A stretch of 64,000 nucleotides of DNA from Ascidiella aspersa (Eukaryota), in the NCBI GenBank assembly GCA_963924565.1, contig OZ004613.1, positions 8,618,001 to 8,682,000 on the forward strand, read 5' to 3'. Shown here piece after piece: positions 38,871 through 51,936 of this stretch. The position numbers and the translations under genes were made by a program. Below the pieces are notes generated by a model, which saw only the letters and a list, made by a program, of their open reading frames with translations, was not told where the DNA came from and did not search any database. Every line of letters begins with the position of its first letter. Positions within the stretch are counted from its first letter, which is position 1.

Positions 38871-39814
38871 TATCGTCAATGCAAAACTATAATACAGTTG
38901 TTTTATTCTTTCAGTAAAATCAACGGTTGTCGTATGAAATCGACTCTTTTTAAGTTACGAATTTATGAGCAAAATATGGCAAAAAAACTCTGATGGTTAA
39001 TACCGAGTCATTCTGAATGGAACGTTTTTCTATTTTGAAGTGCAGTTAATTCAGTTATGAAGTACTTGTTGTACGGAAGTGTGTTAATCCCACTTAATTG
39101 CCTCTCTTATGTTCAGTATTTTCAGCGGAGGCTTGTTGCATACGAAATAGCCTATTGTTTGGACTATAAGTAAAGGCGGTTGGAAAGCTGTTTGAGGAAT
39201 GCGCTATACTCAACAAACAAATTTCACCATTCTGAAATAAAGAATGTGTACAATGCGTCGGCGGAGTTAAAATTTGTGTTGCACATTTTATGTTGTAATG
39301 AATTTTTACATAATTTGGAATAAATGATCTTGAAAAAATCGTTAAAGTTAGACTGTTTGCCTTACACACAAATTGTAATGCATTTATTAAATAAATCTTC
39401 CGCAAATTCCCTCTTGGAATAGAACAGACTTACTGGAACAGGCCCAGATGCCTATTATGAAAACCTTTCGTGTATAGCGTTATATGTACCTTTTTATTCG
39501 GCTAAACTACATAGGCAACAGTAAGTGTATCGCCTACACAAAACGCCTTCATGTCATGTGTTGCTGACTGATGAATTCATAGCGGATCTAATAATGCCGA
39601 CATTAGGCAAACAGCGGAAACCGGAAGGTAGTGCCCACCTTGATTGGCTTGTTATTGCTGTATAAATCTCCTATAAGATGTCTTGCCTTGCGTTGCTAAA
39701 TCCTTTGAACTGATCCAGTGATTTAAAAGGGCGTATATATACAGATGAGCATCTGGGGATCTATTTCAACTGAACGGGTTGTAAATATTTTGAGCATAAG
39801 AGTTTGTAGTAAGA

Positions 39815-39958
39815 CGTAGTAAGAATATCAAAGCTCATACATAGGTAGGTATCGTTTTAAACGTTTCGAATAGGCTATTCATTTTTACCGTATTAAGAGT
39901 TATTCGAAGCGTTCAAAATGATACCAAATTCTGTATGGGCTTTCAAATTCTTACTACG
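39815..39958. repeat. Imperfect inverted repeat (about 58-bp arms); foldback or MITE-like
   Basis: cgtagtaagaatatcaaagctcataca...cgtttcgaata is the near reverse complement of tattcgaagcg...tgtatgggctttcaaattcttactacg. Confidence 0.85.
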
Positions 39959-40967
39959 GGTTGTAAATAATGTTTGATAACATATTTGTCCAGTACAGTG
40001 TCTCAACAGAATATCGGTTTAAAATGAATACCCGGTGCTGTTGATGTTATAGAAACTCATTCGATACTGTAGAGAGATATCTATGGCCAGGAGGCCAGCT
40101 GATACTGAATGAATGACCGCATTTCATCCATGTTTGCATCAAGGCGTGGTCCATTCTACACATAGATATTCTTACCTCGTTTTTCCGGGTGTTTTTGATG
40201 TGACCGTGGGCCAGGTCGTTTTAAAACTGGCCAGTTAGATGGTCCTGTGAGACCGCACGTTACTTTGTAAATGGCTGATTAACCAAACTCTACAGCAATT
40301 TCAACCGGTTATGTTTGTTTTAAATCTCTCTCTAGGTATAAGGTGGCACTTTGTAAGGGGCAGATCCAGGATTTTTGTTTGAGGGAAGGCGTTTTCAGAC
40401 ATGACGTCACAAAGTTACGTCAAAACTTGACGTCATGAAGTTACGCCTCAAAAGAGTTACGTCTCAACGTTCTTAAAGCAACTTCTTTTGACGTCACGTT
40501 TAGACGCAGCTTTGTGGCGTCAGTAAGAATCTCCCGACTTTTAATTGTTGTTTAATTGACTTAATCTGACACATGCCTCGCGGTATTCATACCACTTCGG
40601 TTTAAAGAAGAATTAATTAAAAGCTTGGAATATACGCTGTGCGGATTCCGCTGGATTACTGACCGCGTTATGAATGTCACGTGTTTGGTGGTATAACGTT
40701 TTGCGGCGACTTGAAATAGCAGTTTGTAAAATGACGCACAATCACGTTCCGCCTTGTCTGTCGTCACCTTGATATATGTTTAAACGTCATGGCGGGACAT
40801 ACAGGCTAATTTCGGTTCTTCCAATTGCGTTATGATACTGAAGGTCGCGTGATTTGACGCAATGGAAAGCTTATATGATTTACAGACTAAAAATATATTT
40901 GTAGCGTCGTCACGTAGTAAATACTGATTATAGCAGCAAGAACGCTTATAATTTCACAAATGCAATT

Positions 40968-41365
40968 ATAGGCATTTCCGACAATATCGGACTGTCGCCG
41001 ATATCGATCCCAAGTGTTGATATCGGCAATCGTCCGATACTCGGGTAGTGTTGGGGCAGATCCGATACCAAATTGATAAAAAAATTCCAGTTATTATTTG
41101 TAACTCGACGCAGTGATTTCTACCTTGAACGGTTTTAAATCTATATTAATAGAAAGTTAACAACTCGAGGTAACTTAATTTCGTAACCGTAAAGCATTTT
41201 TATCTTTATTACATGGAAAAATTGCCATTAACCGTTTCAATTTCATCCACTTTTCTTTTTTTAGCATAATAACCAGTTCATTGGGTTTCGTTTGAACTCG
41301 ATACTTTTTGTTGAGAATATTTGGTATCGGCATTGCAATATAATGGCAAGTATTAGACACCCCTT
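40968..41365. mobile_element. atcgg/ccgatac-repeat MITE family copy
   Basis: Starts taggcatttccgacaatatcgg and ends tattagacacccctta; ccgata arrays. Confidence 0.7.
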
Positions 41366-41664
41366 AATGCAACATTCGATTCAAGTGTGATTTGGAGCGA
41401 TAGTATCTGTTGAAGAGCTTAAAGGTGCGCGGTTACAGCGAAAAGTGCACAATGTTCGTTTCTTTACAATTTTGCAAACATTCCGAACCAATACAACGCA
41501 GTGCCGTAATCGGTTTGTAGTCGCGACCCGATAATTCATCCCTTAGTTGTTCAGCGTTACCGCGGTTTCGCCTTTCTTTCTGTGGTAGGGTGCTGGTAGC
41601 AATCCAATATACGCAGCGATGCAAATGGCAATGTTGAGGTTTCAAGATGTGACGTAAAATAACG

Positions 41665-42950
41665 CCGAATATAAACCACAGGGCGCCGTTTCTTTCGGAG
41701 AAATTAAGTTTTTGGGCCTATATAGTTTACAAAAAATATTTTCATGGATAACCATTGACTGATAAACACATTGGGAATGGAATTTAGGAAGCTAGCAATT
41801 CAGTCACCAGTTCAGGAGGCTAAAAGACAGTGTATAGCTACCAATAGCCGAACAAGTTTCGCAAAACTAAGGATCATTTGATTGACTTGTGCTTTCAATA
41901 ACGATATATGCAACTCGCTGCAATTCGAGGGTTTTAAACTGTGGCGTTAAATTGCGCCGCCCTAGGAGTCGTCCATTCTTTAGGACACGCACATTAGCGA
42001 ATATAGACCACAGTCTTTGCGAGAAATTAGGTATTTAGGCCTAGTTTAAAAAAAATATTTTATGGATCACTACTGACCTATTCGTTTGGACGCACGCACA
42101 TTAGCGAATATAGACCACAGGGCGCATTTCTTTGCGAGAAAGTAACTTTTCGGACCTAGTATTTAAAACAAACTTTTCATGGATCACTACTGACTGATGA
42201 ACACCTCTAGTCTGTAGAATGAACTTTAGTTTGCCAGCAATTAGCAAAAGTGTGGCGAAAATCGCGCCGCCATATAGGATTTGCCTATTCTTTGCCTATT
42301 TATTTGCGAGAAGTTAACTTTTCGGGCCTAGTTTTTAAAACAAACTTTTCATAAACACATGGGGAATGGAATTTATGTTGCTAGCAATTAAGTCACCTAG
42401 AGGCTAAAAGACAATGTAACTATACCGATAGTCGAAAAATTCGCCCGCTGCTTCTAAATAACATGTTAGTATCCATTCATTAAGTTGTGCTTTCATTAAC
42501 AATATCGCGCTGTAATACGGAGGTTTTAAACTGTGGCGTTAAATTGCGCCGCCCTAGGAGTTGTCCATTCTTTAGGACACGTACATTAGCGAATATAGAC
42601 CACAGGGCGCTGTTTATTTGCGAGAAAGTAACTTTTCGGGCCTAGTTTTCAAAAAAATCTTTTTCATGGGTTAGTACTGACCGGTAAACACCTCTGTAGA
42701 CTGGACTTTAGTTGGCTAGCAATTCCGTCACTGAGTTCAAGAGGCTAAAAGACAATGTAACTATACCGATAGTCGAAAAATTCGCCCGCTGCTTCTAAAT
42801 AACAAGTTAGTATCCATTCATTAAGTTGTGCTTTCATTAACAATATCGCGCTGCAATACGGAGGTTTTAAAGCTTTAAATTGCGCCGCCCTAGAAGCTAC
42901 CCATTCTTTAGGACACGCACATTAGCGAATATGGACCACAGGGCGCTCTT
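41665..42950. repeat. Local tandem array of a ~330-bp unit, with partial copies
   Basis: Anchor gcgaatatagaccacagggcgc or variants at about 41668, 41998, 42105, 42590 and 42925; blocks such as gaggctaaaagacaatgtaactataccgatagtcgaaaaattcgcccgc recur nearly identically. Confidence 0.9.
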
Positions 42951-44082
42951 TCATCGCACGAAATGAAGCCGCGACGACGCTTTACAGTCGACCTGATCCG
43001 AGTTATGATCTCGGCTGCAAAGTTTCGTGTTTAATTGGTTCGAAACGGGCGAAAGTCGAGGAACGGCGCGCCCCGAAACTAAACAGTCGTTAAAGTTCGC
43101 GAAAGCGGCTGTGAAACGGCTCGGCCCGCGCCACACATATATTAATACCCCTGTCGTTTCATTGGCCAGTTCACACATCCGCCTAGTTGGAAGGGTGCCG
43201 TTTATCGCAGCCCTTCGCTCTCTTGCATGGCTAAAACGAAAGTGACTATATAGCAGTAGTAGAGCACAGGTCGTATACTTGCTCGCTTCGGGAAAAATGC
43301 ATTGGAAATGTTTGATTGTAAAATGATTTGTGCGCGTGTGGAAAAAGGAGGAATTAATGATGTGCATGATTGTTTAACTTACAGTTTTTGCCTATTTTTT
43401 ACCGTTTAGGTTATGGTGTTACTGTTGATATCAATGTAAATAGGTGTAAATTTTAAAATATAACTAGCCGGAGAAAGTGTGGTCGTAGTTTTTATAGTTC
43501 GCACGATTGTCATTGCTAATAAAAAGAGGCAAATGCTTCTTTTTACGGAGTTTTTTTCAAAATGAGTCATTCGATCGCCTGCTAGTAAAGGAATTTTAAG
43601 TATAGTGGATTTGCACCTGGGCGAACTTGGCGCGCTGATATGTTTTATAGGGCAATATCTCCGAAAGTTGTGCTGCTCTCAAGCTGAAATTGTTACACAG
43701 TCTTTTGCATTGGCTGTAGCAGTAATTATTTTCGCTCAAAGTGTAATTGCTGGGTTGCTAAAGTCAATACATGGACTGTGTAAAAATTTCATTTTTAGCG
43801 GCACAAGTTTTAGATATATTGCCTTATAAAAAAACCTCAGCTCGCAGTTCTCCCAGGTTGAATTTGTGGGGTAAGCTCGAGGTTTTAAGAACACCTGCTC
43901 GGTTTCTGCGTGACCATACAAGTCAGTTTTATTTAAAAAACGGTCAATATTTGCTAATAACTTTCCGCATATACGCCGAATCGGGGCGGCGTCTACTAAA
44001 CAATCTATTCGTAATTTCAAATTACATTTAAAGTTTCCAATCATAAAAAAGTGTCTGTGCAGCAGTATTGTAGGGTTTAGTT

Positions 44083-44267
44083 TAGTGGTTCCCAAACTGT
44101 GGGCCATGGCTCAGTACTATAGGCCACCAAGACATTCAATGGGCCAAAGAGCTATTTGAACAGATTCTACTGTTTTATTATGCTGTAAATATTATGCGCT
44201 TTGTTTAAAAAAATAATAATTACGAAATCGCTATTAAATAGACATTTGGGCCGTTTGGAAAACCCTG
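44083..44267. mobile_element. hAT-type MITE, 185 bp
   Basis: Termini tagtggttcccaaac / gtttggaaaaccctg; perfect 8-bp TSD gtttagtt. Confidence 0.85.
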
Positions 44268-44573
44268 GTTTAGTTCCTCTCACTATAGTTTTGATTATAG
44301 TAAGGGCGCAAGTGGGTGCTCTTTCCTGGGAAACCACCTTGCACACGTTTAATACGATTGAGTCAGTTGCGCATCAGAGGAAATGCAAGTAAAGGCCGAT
44401 TTATCACCAGTTAAACCATTTGTTTTTTTTTCCATGTAGTATGTTGCTTTGTGTTACTAAAATTAATGTCAAACCAGTAATGAAAGTAAGCCGGAAAGTT
44501 CTAGAAAGCTGTCCCGGTGAAAGAAGTACTCCCGGAACGGCGGTAAAAATATGTCCTTTGTTTAGGTCTAGAA

Positions 44574-45017
44574 CAGGGGTGTCTAACATGCGGCACGCGT
44601 GTCAAATGTGGCACGCGACCTAATAAAAAATGGCACGCCTAGCCAAAATACTTACTGTAATTTCTTATTCAGCCAATTTTCAAAAATGCCAAATTTGTTA
44701 TACAGCCAATTGCCATCGTTTATTCACAATATTAAACAATTGCTATAATTACGACGCCTAACAATTACTTCTGATATTATAACATTATACTGTAGTGGAG
44801 GCTATAGTATTCACATAATTAGCCTATATAAGATTTTGGTCAAATATGCATGGTTTGCTTGATTAAATAAAGAAATTTTTTTCATGGGCAAATAAACGTT
44901 TTTATTATTAGTAAAAGAGCGCTTTTAATATTCGAAATTAGTTACTAAACTTCGGCACGGAAGGAAAGTTATAAGATAAAAATTGGCACGCCGGCATGTT
45001 TGAGTTGGACACCCCTG
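44574..45017. mobile_element. hAT-type MITE, 444 bp
   Basis: TIRs caggggtgtctaac / gttggacacccctg; TSD gtctagaa/gtctagga; repeated ggcacgc subterminal motifs. Confidence 0.9.
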
Positions 45018-45560
45018 GTCTAGGAGGTCAGTTACAAAAATTTTAGTACGTTGGTTGCTTATTTAAGTTGCATTTGTGCAGGACATCGAATGCTAAGCCC
45101 AGTTTTATTTAGGGCTAAACGATACTTTGTAACAACATTCCTTGAAATTGTTATGGGTTAGGTAAGAATTTTTGTCATCGTTCTGGTAAGAAAAATATTC
45201 TACTGTCACCCCCTGTGTCAAACGATAGGGAGTGAATACCGAACCTTATATACGCTTAAATGCCGTGTCTCCTATTCAATTCGCGTTAATAAAAGCGAAC
45301 GTGGGCTGTAGAACATTAACGTTAGCTCGTATAGCTTACGAAAAGGCATAAATGCGAAATTGTATTGCCCGAGACTAAAATGTCAATATTGTCAGTATAG
45401 AAATTTAGAGTGAGGGATAAATCATCAGTGACCAGCGCAACATACTGCATCACGTTGAATATTGATGCCGACATCTGAAAATACCTTCATTGTAAAGTCA
45501 AACATGCCCATTGTCCACTACACAACAGCTCTAATTCCGCGAAAATTGGCGTTAGGAGTA

Positions 45561-45890
45561 TCGCTTCTATTGCAGCAGCGTTCATGATTGTGCAATGTGC
45601 ATGACTCACAGAAGGTTAGAACAACAATGCGTTAATATTAACCAATCAAAATCGCGAAACAGAATTGGTACTGTTTTACGGAGTTGTATTGTGCCGCGTA
45701 TATATTTAGCATATAGATATAATCCTATATATGACTTGCAGAAACACAAACGAAAAAACGCGCTATCTATCAATAGAAAGGCGCGTGTGAAAAAAATTTC
45801 AGATGTAATGGTTTTTGATTGTGTTCTATTTTCAATGTACTTTGTGGCGAACTATTTTCAGAAGAATGAAATGCGAAACACAATGAACCT
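45561..45890 (+). repeat. Copy A of a ~300-bp direct duplication
   Basis: Nearly identical to 49947-50249 (for example gtgccgcgtatatatttagcatatagatataatcctatatatgacttgcagaaacac). Confidence 0.92.
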
Positions 45891-45929
45891 ATATATACAC
45901 AAATATACGCAAATCGGTTAGAAATAATG

Positions 45930-46190
45930 TCCTAAATCCGCCATTGTTTCTAATTTTGTGCGTAGAAAACTGTTTTTAGAAACTTATAAACTGCAACGGT
46001 TTTTTAAAGTACACTAATCTACGAGAATTAGGCAGAAAAAATTCCGAAGTCCGTCATTCTTTCCAATAGTGTTTAGCAAACTGGTTTTACAAACTTACGA
46101 AAAACAATGGTCCACTCTACACTCTACAACCTAATCTACGAGAATTTGTCAGAAACAATTTTCGCAGTCCGGCATTGTTTTCGATTGTGC
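45930..46190 (+). repeat. Degenerate ~115-bp tandem repeat (about 2.3 copies)
   Basis: ctaatctacgagaatt..cagaaa..agtccg.catt recurs at about 46014 and 46132. Confidence 0.7.
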
Positions 46191-46514
46191 AACGTTGCAC
46201 GTATAGAAGCCTTTTTTATATTTTATTTGCAAGTGTAGAAGCTGATCGCTTCGTATGATAAGGCGAGTTTAATGAACGATTGTGATCGGGCGGGGGTTGA
46301 TTTATTGCCAACTTTGTGCCGGCGCCGGCGTCGAACCAATGATTCACGTTTTTGAATTGCGTTGAGTGAGATGGCGCTCCGATTGCACGTGTTTGTTTTT
46401 TCGGCTTGGCTGAAATCCGCCCGTAACTCGCCTTTAATTCGTTTCTCTCCTTGGTCTTTCGCCAAACGGAATTACGCACTTCTCTCGTTATCCAGGTGGG
46501 CTATTGCTGAACAG

Positions 46515-46789
46515 CAGTGGTTCCCAACCTGTTGTACTAGCAGTAAGCAAAGGTTTGAGTGGCTTCCCGGTCTTACGCGGAGTTTAGGGAATGAACGCAA
46601 GTGAAATACTCTTAAGTTTTATACTCTATTTTCCATATTAAATTGACCTATAATTTCAGATGTGCCTCTAGTCCAGGTAGCGACTTTCATGCGGTTAATT
46701 ATTTCGCTCTGAAGAACATAGATGGAACGCTTATGGTTGAAAATTTCATTTCAGGTGTTACGTTGTCAGAAAAGGTTGAGAATCAACTG
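46515..46789. mobile_element. hAT-type MITE
   Basis: Termini cagtggttcccaacct / aggttgagaatcaactg. Confidence 0.7.
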
Positions 46790-49204
46790 TCTTAGACTCT
46801 TTACTACCTTAGTTAAAATTTCCAACATTGTGACGTCATACGAGAAAACTGATAATATTTTTCAAATAATGCATTTGCCCAAAGATGTGGTTAAAAGCGA
46901 AGTTAGACTAACAGAAACAAAATTGTACTTAATAATGGTAGATTATTCAGGCGACACGTTGATCTATTTGGTATTTTACTATAATGTCACTTTTTATTAC
47001 TTTACGTGAAGCTTCAGATTTTTTTCAGAAGTTGTGGCCGAGAAAAAAGTCTAGTTTCGTCAGGCATCGTAAACGACTTGGTCGCGTGCGTTCAATGTCC
47101 AATGTGCGTGCGGCACCTGTACATCGTAAATCAATCGCCTGGAAAATTAAGTGGCGCCATGCTAAATTAACTTCAACTTCTCGTTCGCGATTGGCAACAT
47201 ATATTCGTCGAAATCCTGCCGTCAGTCATCGCAGTCCTTCATTTGCGTCAAAACGAAACGAAGAGTGCGCCCTCACAAGGGAAACAACCGTGGCGCTGTT
47301 TTGACCAAGCAGGGGGGGGGTCTTACTTGACGTCCGGTAATAGGCCCCACGTGAGGCCTGCTGGACAGCACTTTATTTGACCATTTTAGATGACCGTAAC
47401 GGAGTTTGCAAAACACAATTGTAAGGGTTTCACCATCTTTTATGAGTTCCATACCCGCTGCATAGAAGCAATTGGCTTTTTGTTTCTTTATCCTGTTTTT
47501 GTACTTCGACATTAGCGGTAAAAACGAAAGAAGTAAGGCGATATTTTAAGCGGACTTGACTTAAAAACCTAAAAAAACAAAGTTTAAAAGTTATCGGCTC
47601 AAGTTTGACACCCACTTTTTTGCAGCCGCTTTAGAAGCAGCGGGCTGTTTTATCCTGGTTTCGTACTTTAATGGAGCAGTTGGCAGAAAATAAAAGTAAA
47701 AAAGTAAGAAGACATATTTTTCAGCGGACTTCACTCACACCGTCCGAAAACAAATTTAAAAGGCTCGAGTTTGCCGCGCATTTTTTCACGGTGTGTATCC
47801 GCACCCATTTGGTGACAGGTTTTTGCTACAAAGTTATACAGGAAAGCGCCCCTCGACATGCCCGTTGACTGGGTTGCCAGGTTCGCGCCGGAAAACGATA
47901 TTTCTCTGTTAGTTCGCCTGTTCCATGTAAACGGAATGTCGCAGCTGGGTGATGGCACGCTATCCTTATGCGTTATGCGAGGCGTACCGATTTCGGACAG
48001 GGCGCTTCCGAAAACGATCGATATTCGCCCGAACAACTGTGTCACGAAAAACGCTATATTGTTGCAGGCATCTCCCCCTTTCGGTCGCGCTGTTCCCCTC
48101 CCTGTTCACGGTTTATTTAAGACGGTTCCTTGAATTTATACCGTGGGGGGTGGCCTGGTTGAACAATGAGAAATTTCGCTTCGTTTCAAGGCGATTTGTC
48201 AAAGTTTTCGCACACGAATATCCAATTTACGCGGGCCGAAAAGGGCTTTCTCCAAAAACATCCTGTTTTTTTAATATGTGGACCGTAAAATATTTCTTTT
48301 CAGGATAAAAAAGATTTTTCGCGGAACAGTTTTACGGATGTGAACGTTCACATTTATTTGTCATTTCGATTAATGGTATACTGCCTACTGCAGAGTTTGA
48401 TTTTTTTTAAATAAGTTATAATGTAGATTTGTTTAAATATTTTACTTACGCTTTACGTAGTATACGGCGTTGAATGTGGACGATTAGGTATAAATATAGA
48501 CGATTACGTTGTTTCACTTTTTAAACTTACATGTTCTGTGACCGTGAGTTAAAGCTTGTTCGTAGCTGTTTCGGGCAAGGCTTTCTTAATTACGGCACCA
48601 CAACATTTTAGTGGGACTAACCCACAGTGGTGACGTGGCTTGACACGTGACGTTAATGACGTGGTACACTAATTACGCTGAGTTTGGAATTCGGTAATTC
48701 CAAAAGCTGCGTCACTCTGCTGTGTTTGCAATAATTTATCATTTGCGATTTGGTTTCCACACTTGCCAATAAACGCACAAAGAGAATATAACGTCAGAAA
48801 GGTGGGGTACAAATCAATTTCTTTTTTATTTATTCTACAAGACGCCAAATTCCAGTTTCCGTCTGAGTAAAAATGTTGGGAGAATCGCCGTTAGAGAAAG
48901 GGGTTGTGAGTCTTACCACCCATCGCGCTATAGTTTATCAGCAGCGATAGATAACGCCAAAAAGTGACGTTTACATGAAGGTCGTTTGTTATCGAGACAG
49001 TCGCCATATTAGCGTCCTGATATAAAAATTCTCCCTGTTCTAGGAAGTATTTGACACAAAGATATGAGAGATGAAAACGAGCAGAAAACAATTCTTTTAA
49101 ACACGTGTACAGCGAAGTACGCCATTCAACGAATTTTCAAAACCATTTCCGTCAAAATGGTATGCGTTAATTGGCGCTTGTGATGTAAGTATAGGCCTAC
49201 AATA

Positions 49205-49560
49205 TTTGTAACGGCACTCGGCCGATACTAGGCTGGTATCGGTGCCGAGGCGATACTAATTTTATTGGTGCGTTTCTGTCTGGTTGCGATTTTACTCAGC
49301 TTTAAGTTGTGCGATTTTACATACACTTGAAAATCTATTTTTGTTTCGAAACTAAAATTTTAGAAAAAAAGCTTAGTACGTTTCTTGCGCTAAAACAACT
49401 ATTTTCAAACACGTTTTACCTTCCCTAAACCTTGCATATTTTACCAATGAAATGACGTCATTTGGTATCAGATCGGACATCTGAATTTTTTGCCAAAAAA
49501 TCGGGTAGTGGTATCGGAAGAAAGTATGAAATATCTCAATATTTATAGTTGGCACCCTTA
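49205..49560. mobile_element. atcgg/ccgatac-repeat MITE family copy
   Basis: gccgatac and gtatcgg motifs; aatgacgtcatttggtatcagatcgg; terminus ggcaccctta. Confidence 0.6.
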
Positions 49561-49946
49561 TTGCGCTTTTACTGTATCCCTATAGTAATAATTAAACACC
49601 TTTCAAAACGAAGTGTAATGTCGCCATATTCTGCCTAAATCACGCCTCTTCGCTTACCGCTCGTGTATGGTTTGTATATGAAACGTGGTCAATCTAAATG
49701 GCCCCAGTCGCCTCACGTTGACATATGAAAGGAGCCTTTCGATGCGCGGCTAAAGTTTCCTGGGGAGGGGGTATAAAGGACCACAAAAGAAAAAGCAACT
49801 GTGATGAAAGTGCGTTTCGACACGAAATTTTAACGCACCTTTCAAATTAACGCACTGTTTCATCGACAGAGCTACTGTATTTGAGAACCTTCCAAAACAC
49901 AAAGCCCCGAACAAAACATGAAAAAAAAGTAGTTTGTGTATTTCAA

Positions 49947-50249
49947 TCGTCCTCTATTGCTGCAGCGTTTATGATTGAGCGTGACTCACTGAAAGTTACA
50001 ACAACAATGCGTTACTATTAACGAATCAAAATCGCGAAGTTGAATTGTGCCGCGTATATATTTAGCATATAGATATAATCCTATATATGACTTGCAGAAA
50101 CACTAAACGAAAATACGCGCTATCTATCTATAAAAAGGCGCGTGTGAAATAGAATTTTCAACTGTAAAGGTTTTTGATTGTGTTCTATTTTCAATGTACT
50201 TTGTGGCAAACTATTTTCAGAAGAATGAAATGCGAAACACAATGCACCT
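49947..50249 (+). repeat. Copy B of the ~300-bp direct duplication
   Basis: Matches 45561-45890; followed by C18A14 at 50267-50298. Confidence 0.92.
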
Positions 50250-50932
50250 TTGTGTTTTTCAATCGACCCCCCCCCCCCCCCCCCAAAAAAAAAAAAAATT
50301 AATAGTCACTCGCCAAATGTCGTACTCCATCTTACAACAAAAAACGAATCGCATTTTGCAAATAAATGGATCGCCCTAAATTACAACTATAGGCTCTCAT
50401 CTATGCACAACAATACACGTTCTCGTGAATTTGTCACGAAGGGCGATCGTGCCGTTGTGCGCTGAGTGCGCGAAAACCGGAAACAAAAACAAATTTCGCC
50501 TTAACCCCTGCGTTTCCTCTTAGTTGACCCTGTCTTTTACGGGGGCGCTCGTCAGCTCGAAGTGCCAAGAAGGTGCCGTATATTAATGACCCGCGGCAGA
50601 ATATTCGGGGCGAGGCGAGTCGAATTGTAACGACCTCGAAGTCCGACCCACCCACAGATGCCTTTAAACGTTGCGACCACGCCACCAATAAACTAAACGC
50701 GGTCCTTTCTCTGATCTTACAAATGCCGGATTACGGACTTTGGATTCTGAACAGCAAGCGGATTTCTTGCAAACCTGTGTAATAAGTACGCGTGCTTGTG
50801 TGTTTGTGTATGAGCTGAGGGACCATGCATTGAGGTCACACGCGTGCTGGTTAACATCGGTTTTCGACTAAGTATAGGTTTTCGCCAGGGATGGACGATA
50901 ATATCCGATCGGAGCCGATACTCGAACTTAAG

Positions 50933-51360
50933 CAGTGTTGTAATAGCTTTAGTCAATGGCTTGAATAAGTGTACTTAAGTCATTGTTTTCTAATAAATTG
51001 ACTTGACCTAAGTCTTTTGGGAAATTGACTGGACCTAATTCGGATAAATGACTTGACTTGACTTAAGTTGTTTGGACAAATTACTTGGGTTGAAAAGTGT
51101 TTTCATTGAGCATTTTTGTGTAAAATTAGGTTATTTTTCCTGATTTTTAAACTTAAAACAATTTTTATGCTATACGGTGCGTTTTTGTTATTATTTAGTT
51201 GACTTATTGCTGATATTAATCGGAGGAGTTTATCAATTTTAACAGATAAGATATTTTTTGACGAAGACTTGGCTTGGAATTGACTTGCTCTAATTATGAC
51301 TTGACTAGACTAGATTTAAGTTGACTTAAGTCATTTGAAAATGACTTTTTTGCGACACTG
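50933..51360. mobile_element. GACTT-repeat MITE inserted into the end of an atcgg-family element
   Basis: Termini cagtgttgtaa / tgcgacactg; flanks aacttaag/gtcttaag; preceded by agggatggacgataatatccgatcgg at 50887. Confidence 0.85.
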
Positions 51361-51936
51361 GTCTTAAGTGATAGTATCAATGCGCGTATTTTAAGCTTGT
51401 TTAGCGTTTTAACGCGATATTTTTACTTTAAAAGGTGTTTTTTGAAAGAAAAAGAAAATTAAAAACTAAACTAACCATAAACTTCCTATAACGTTAGGTA
51501 TGATATAAACTTGAAAAAAAAAACACAGAAAAAATAAAGACATTTTTTACGCGTTTGAATTTTCGTACTCTTTTACTATACAGAATAGAAATACAGTAGA
51601 CGATATTACCACGATCTCTATTTTTTAATTTAGCACCGGACCGGGCCTCCGCATTTAAATATCGCGTTTAGAAGAATAAACTCACCAAGTATCGGAAATC
51701 CCTATAGTTTGCCTTGCAATCGGAACCATTGTTTGCTGCCTTGCATCGGATACTTGCACTTGCAATTAAATAACAAACCAATTTCGCGGCGCCCGTATTA
51801 TCGTCGATAAGTGTAACGATTGTACAATCTGCGGTCTTGAAATGAGGCAATTCGCTCGACGTTAAGATTCGCACGCACGTAAGTCTCGAACTTTTCAAAA
51901 AACCGCTTTGCCCTTATTCCGACCCATGACCTAGAT

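Noticed and set aside
39560-39630. CTGATGA suggesting a hammerhead ribozyme (also near 32345 and 42195)
   Set aside because: No stem II closed by GAAA and no stem I/III pairing.
40176-40245. Exon-like segment on the minus strand (cag|...GAG|gtaaga; PSNWPVLKRPGPRSHQKHPEKR)
   Set aside because: Could be a distal exon, but there is no upstream partner or homology, and such sites occur by chance.
41665-42950. CRISPR-like array
   Set aside because: Eukaryotic context; the sequences between anchors are themselves repeated rather than unique spacers; no cas genes.
49765-49785. TATA-like motifs (gtataaagg here; ctatataaa near 59333)
   Set aside because: No downstream ORF or exon support; such motifs are common in AT-rich DNA.
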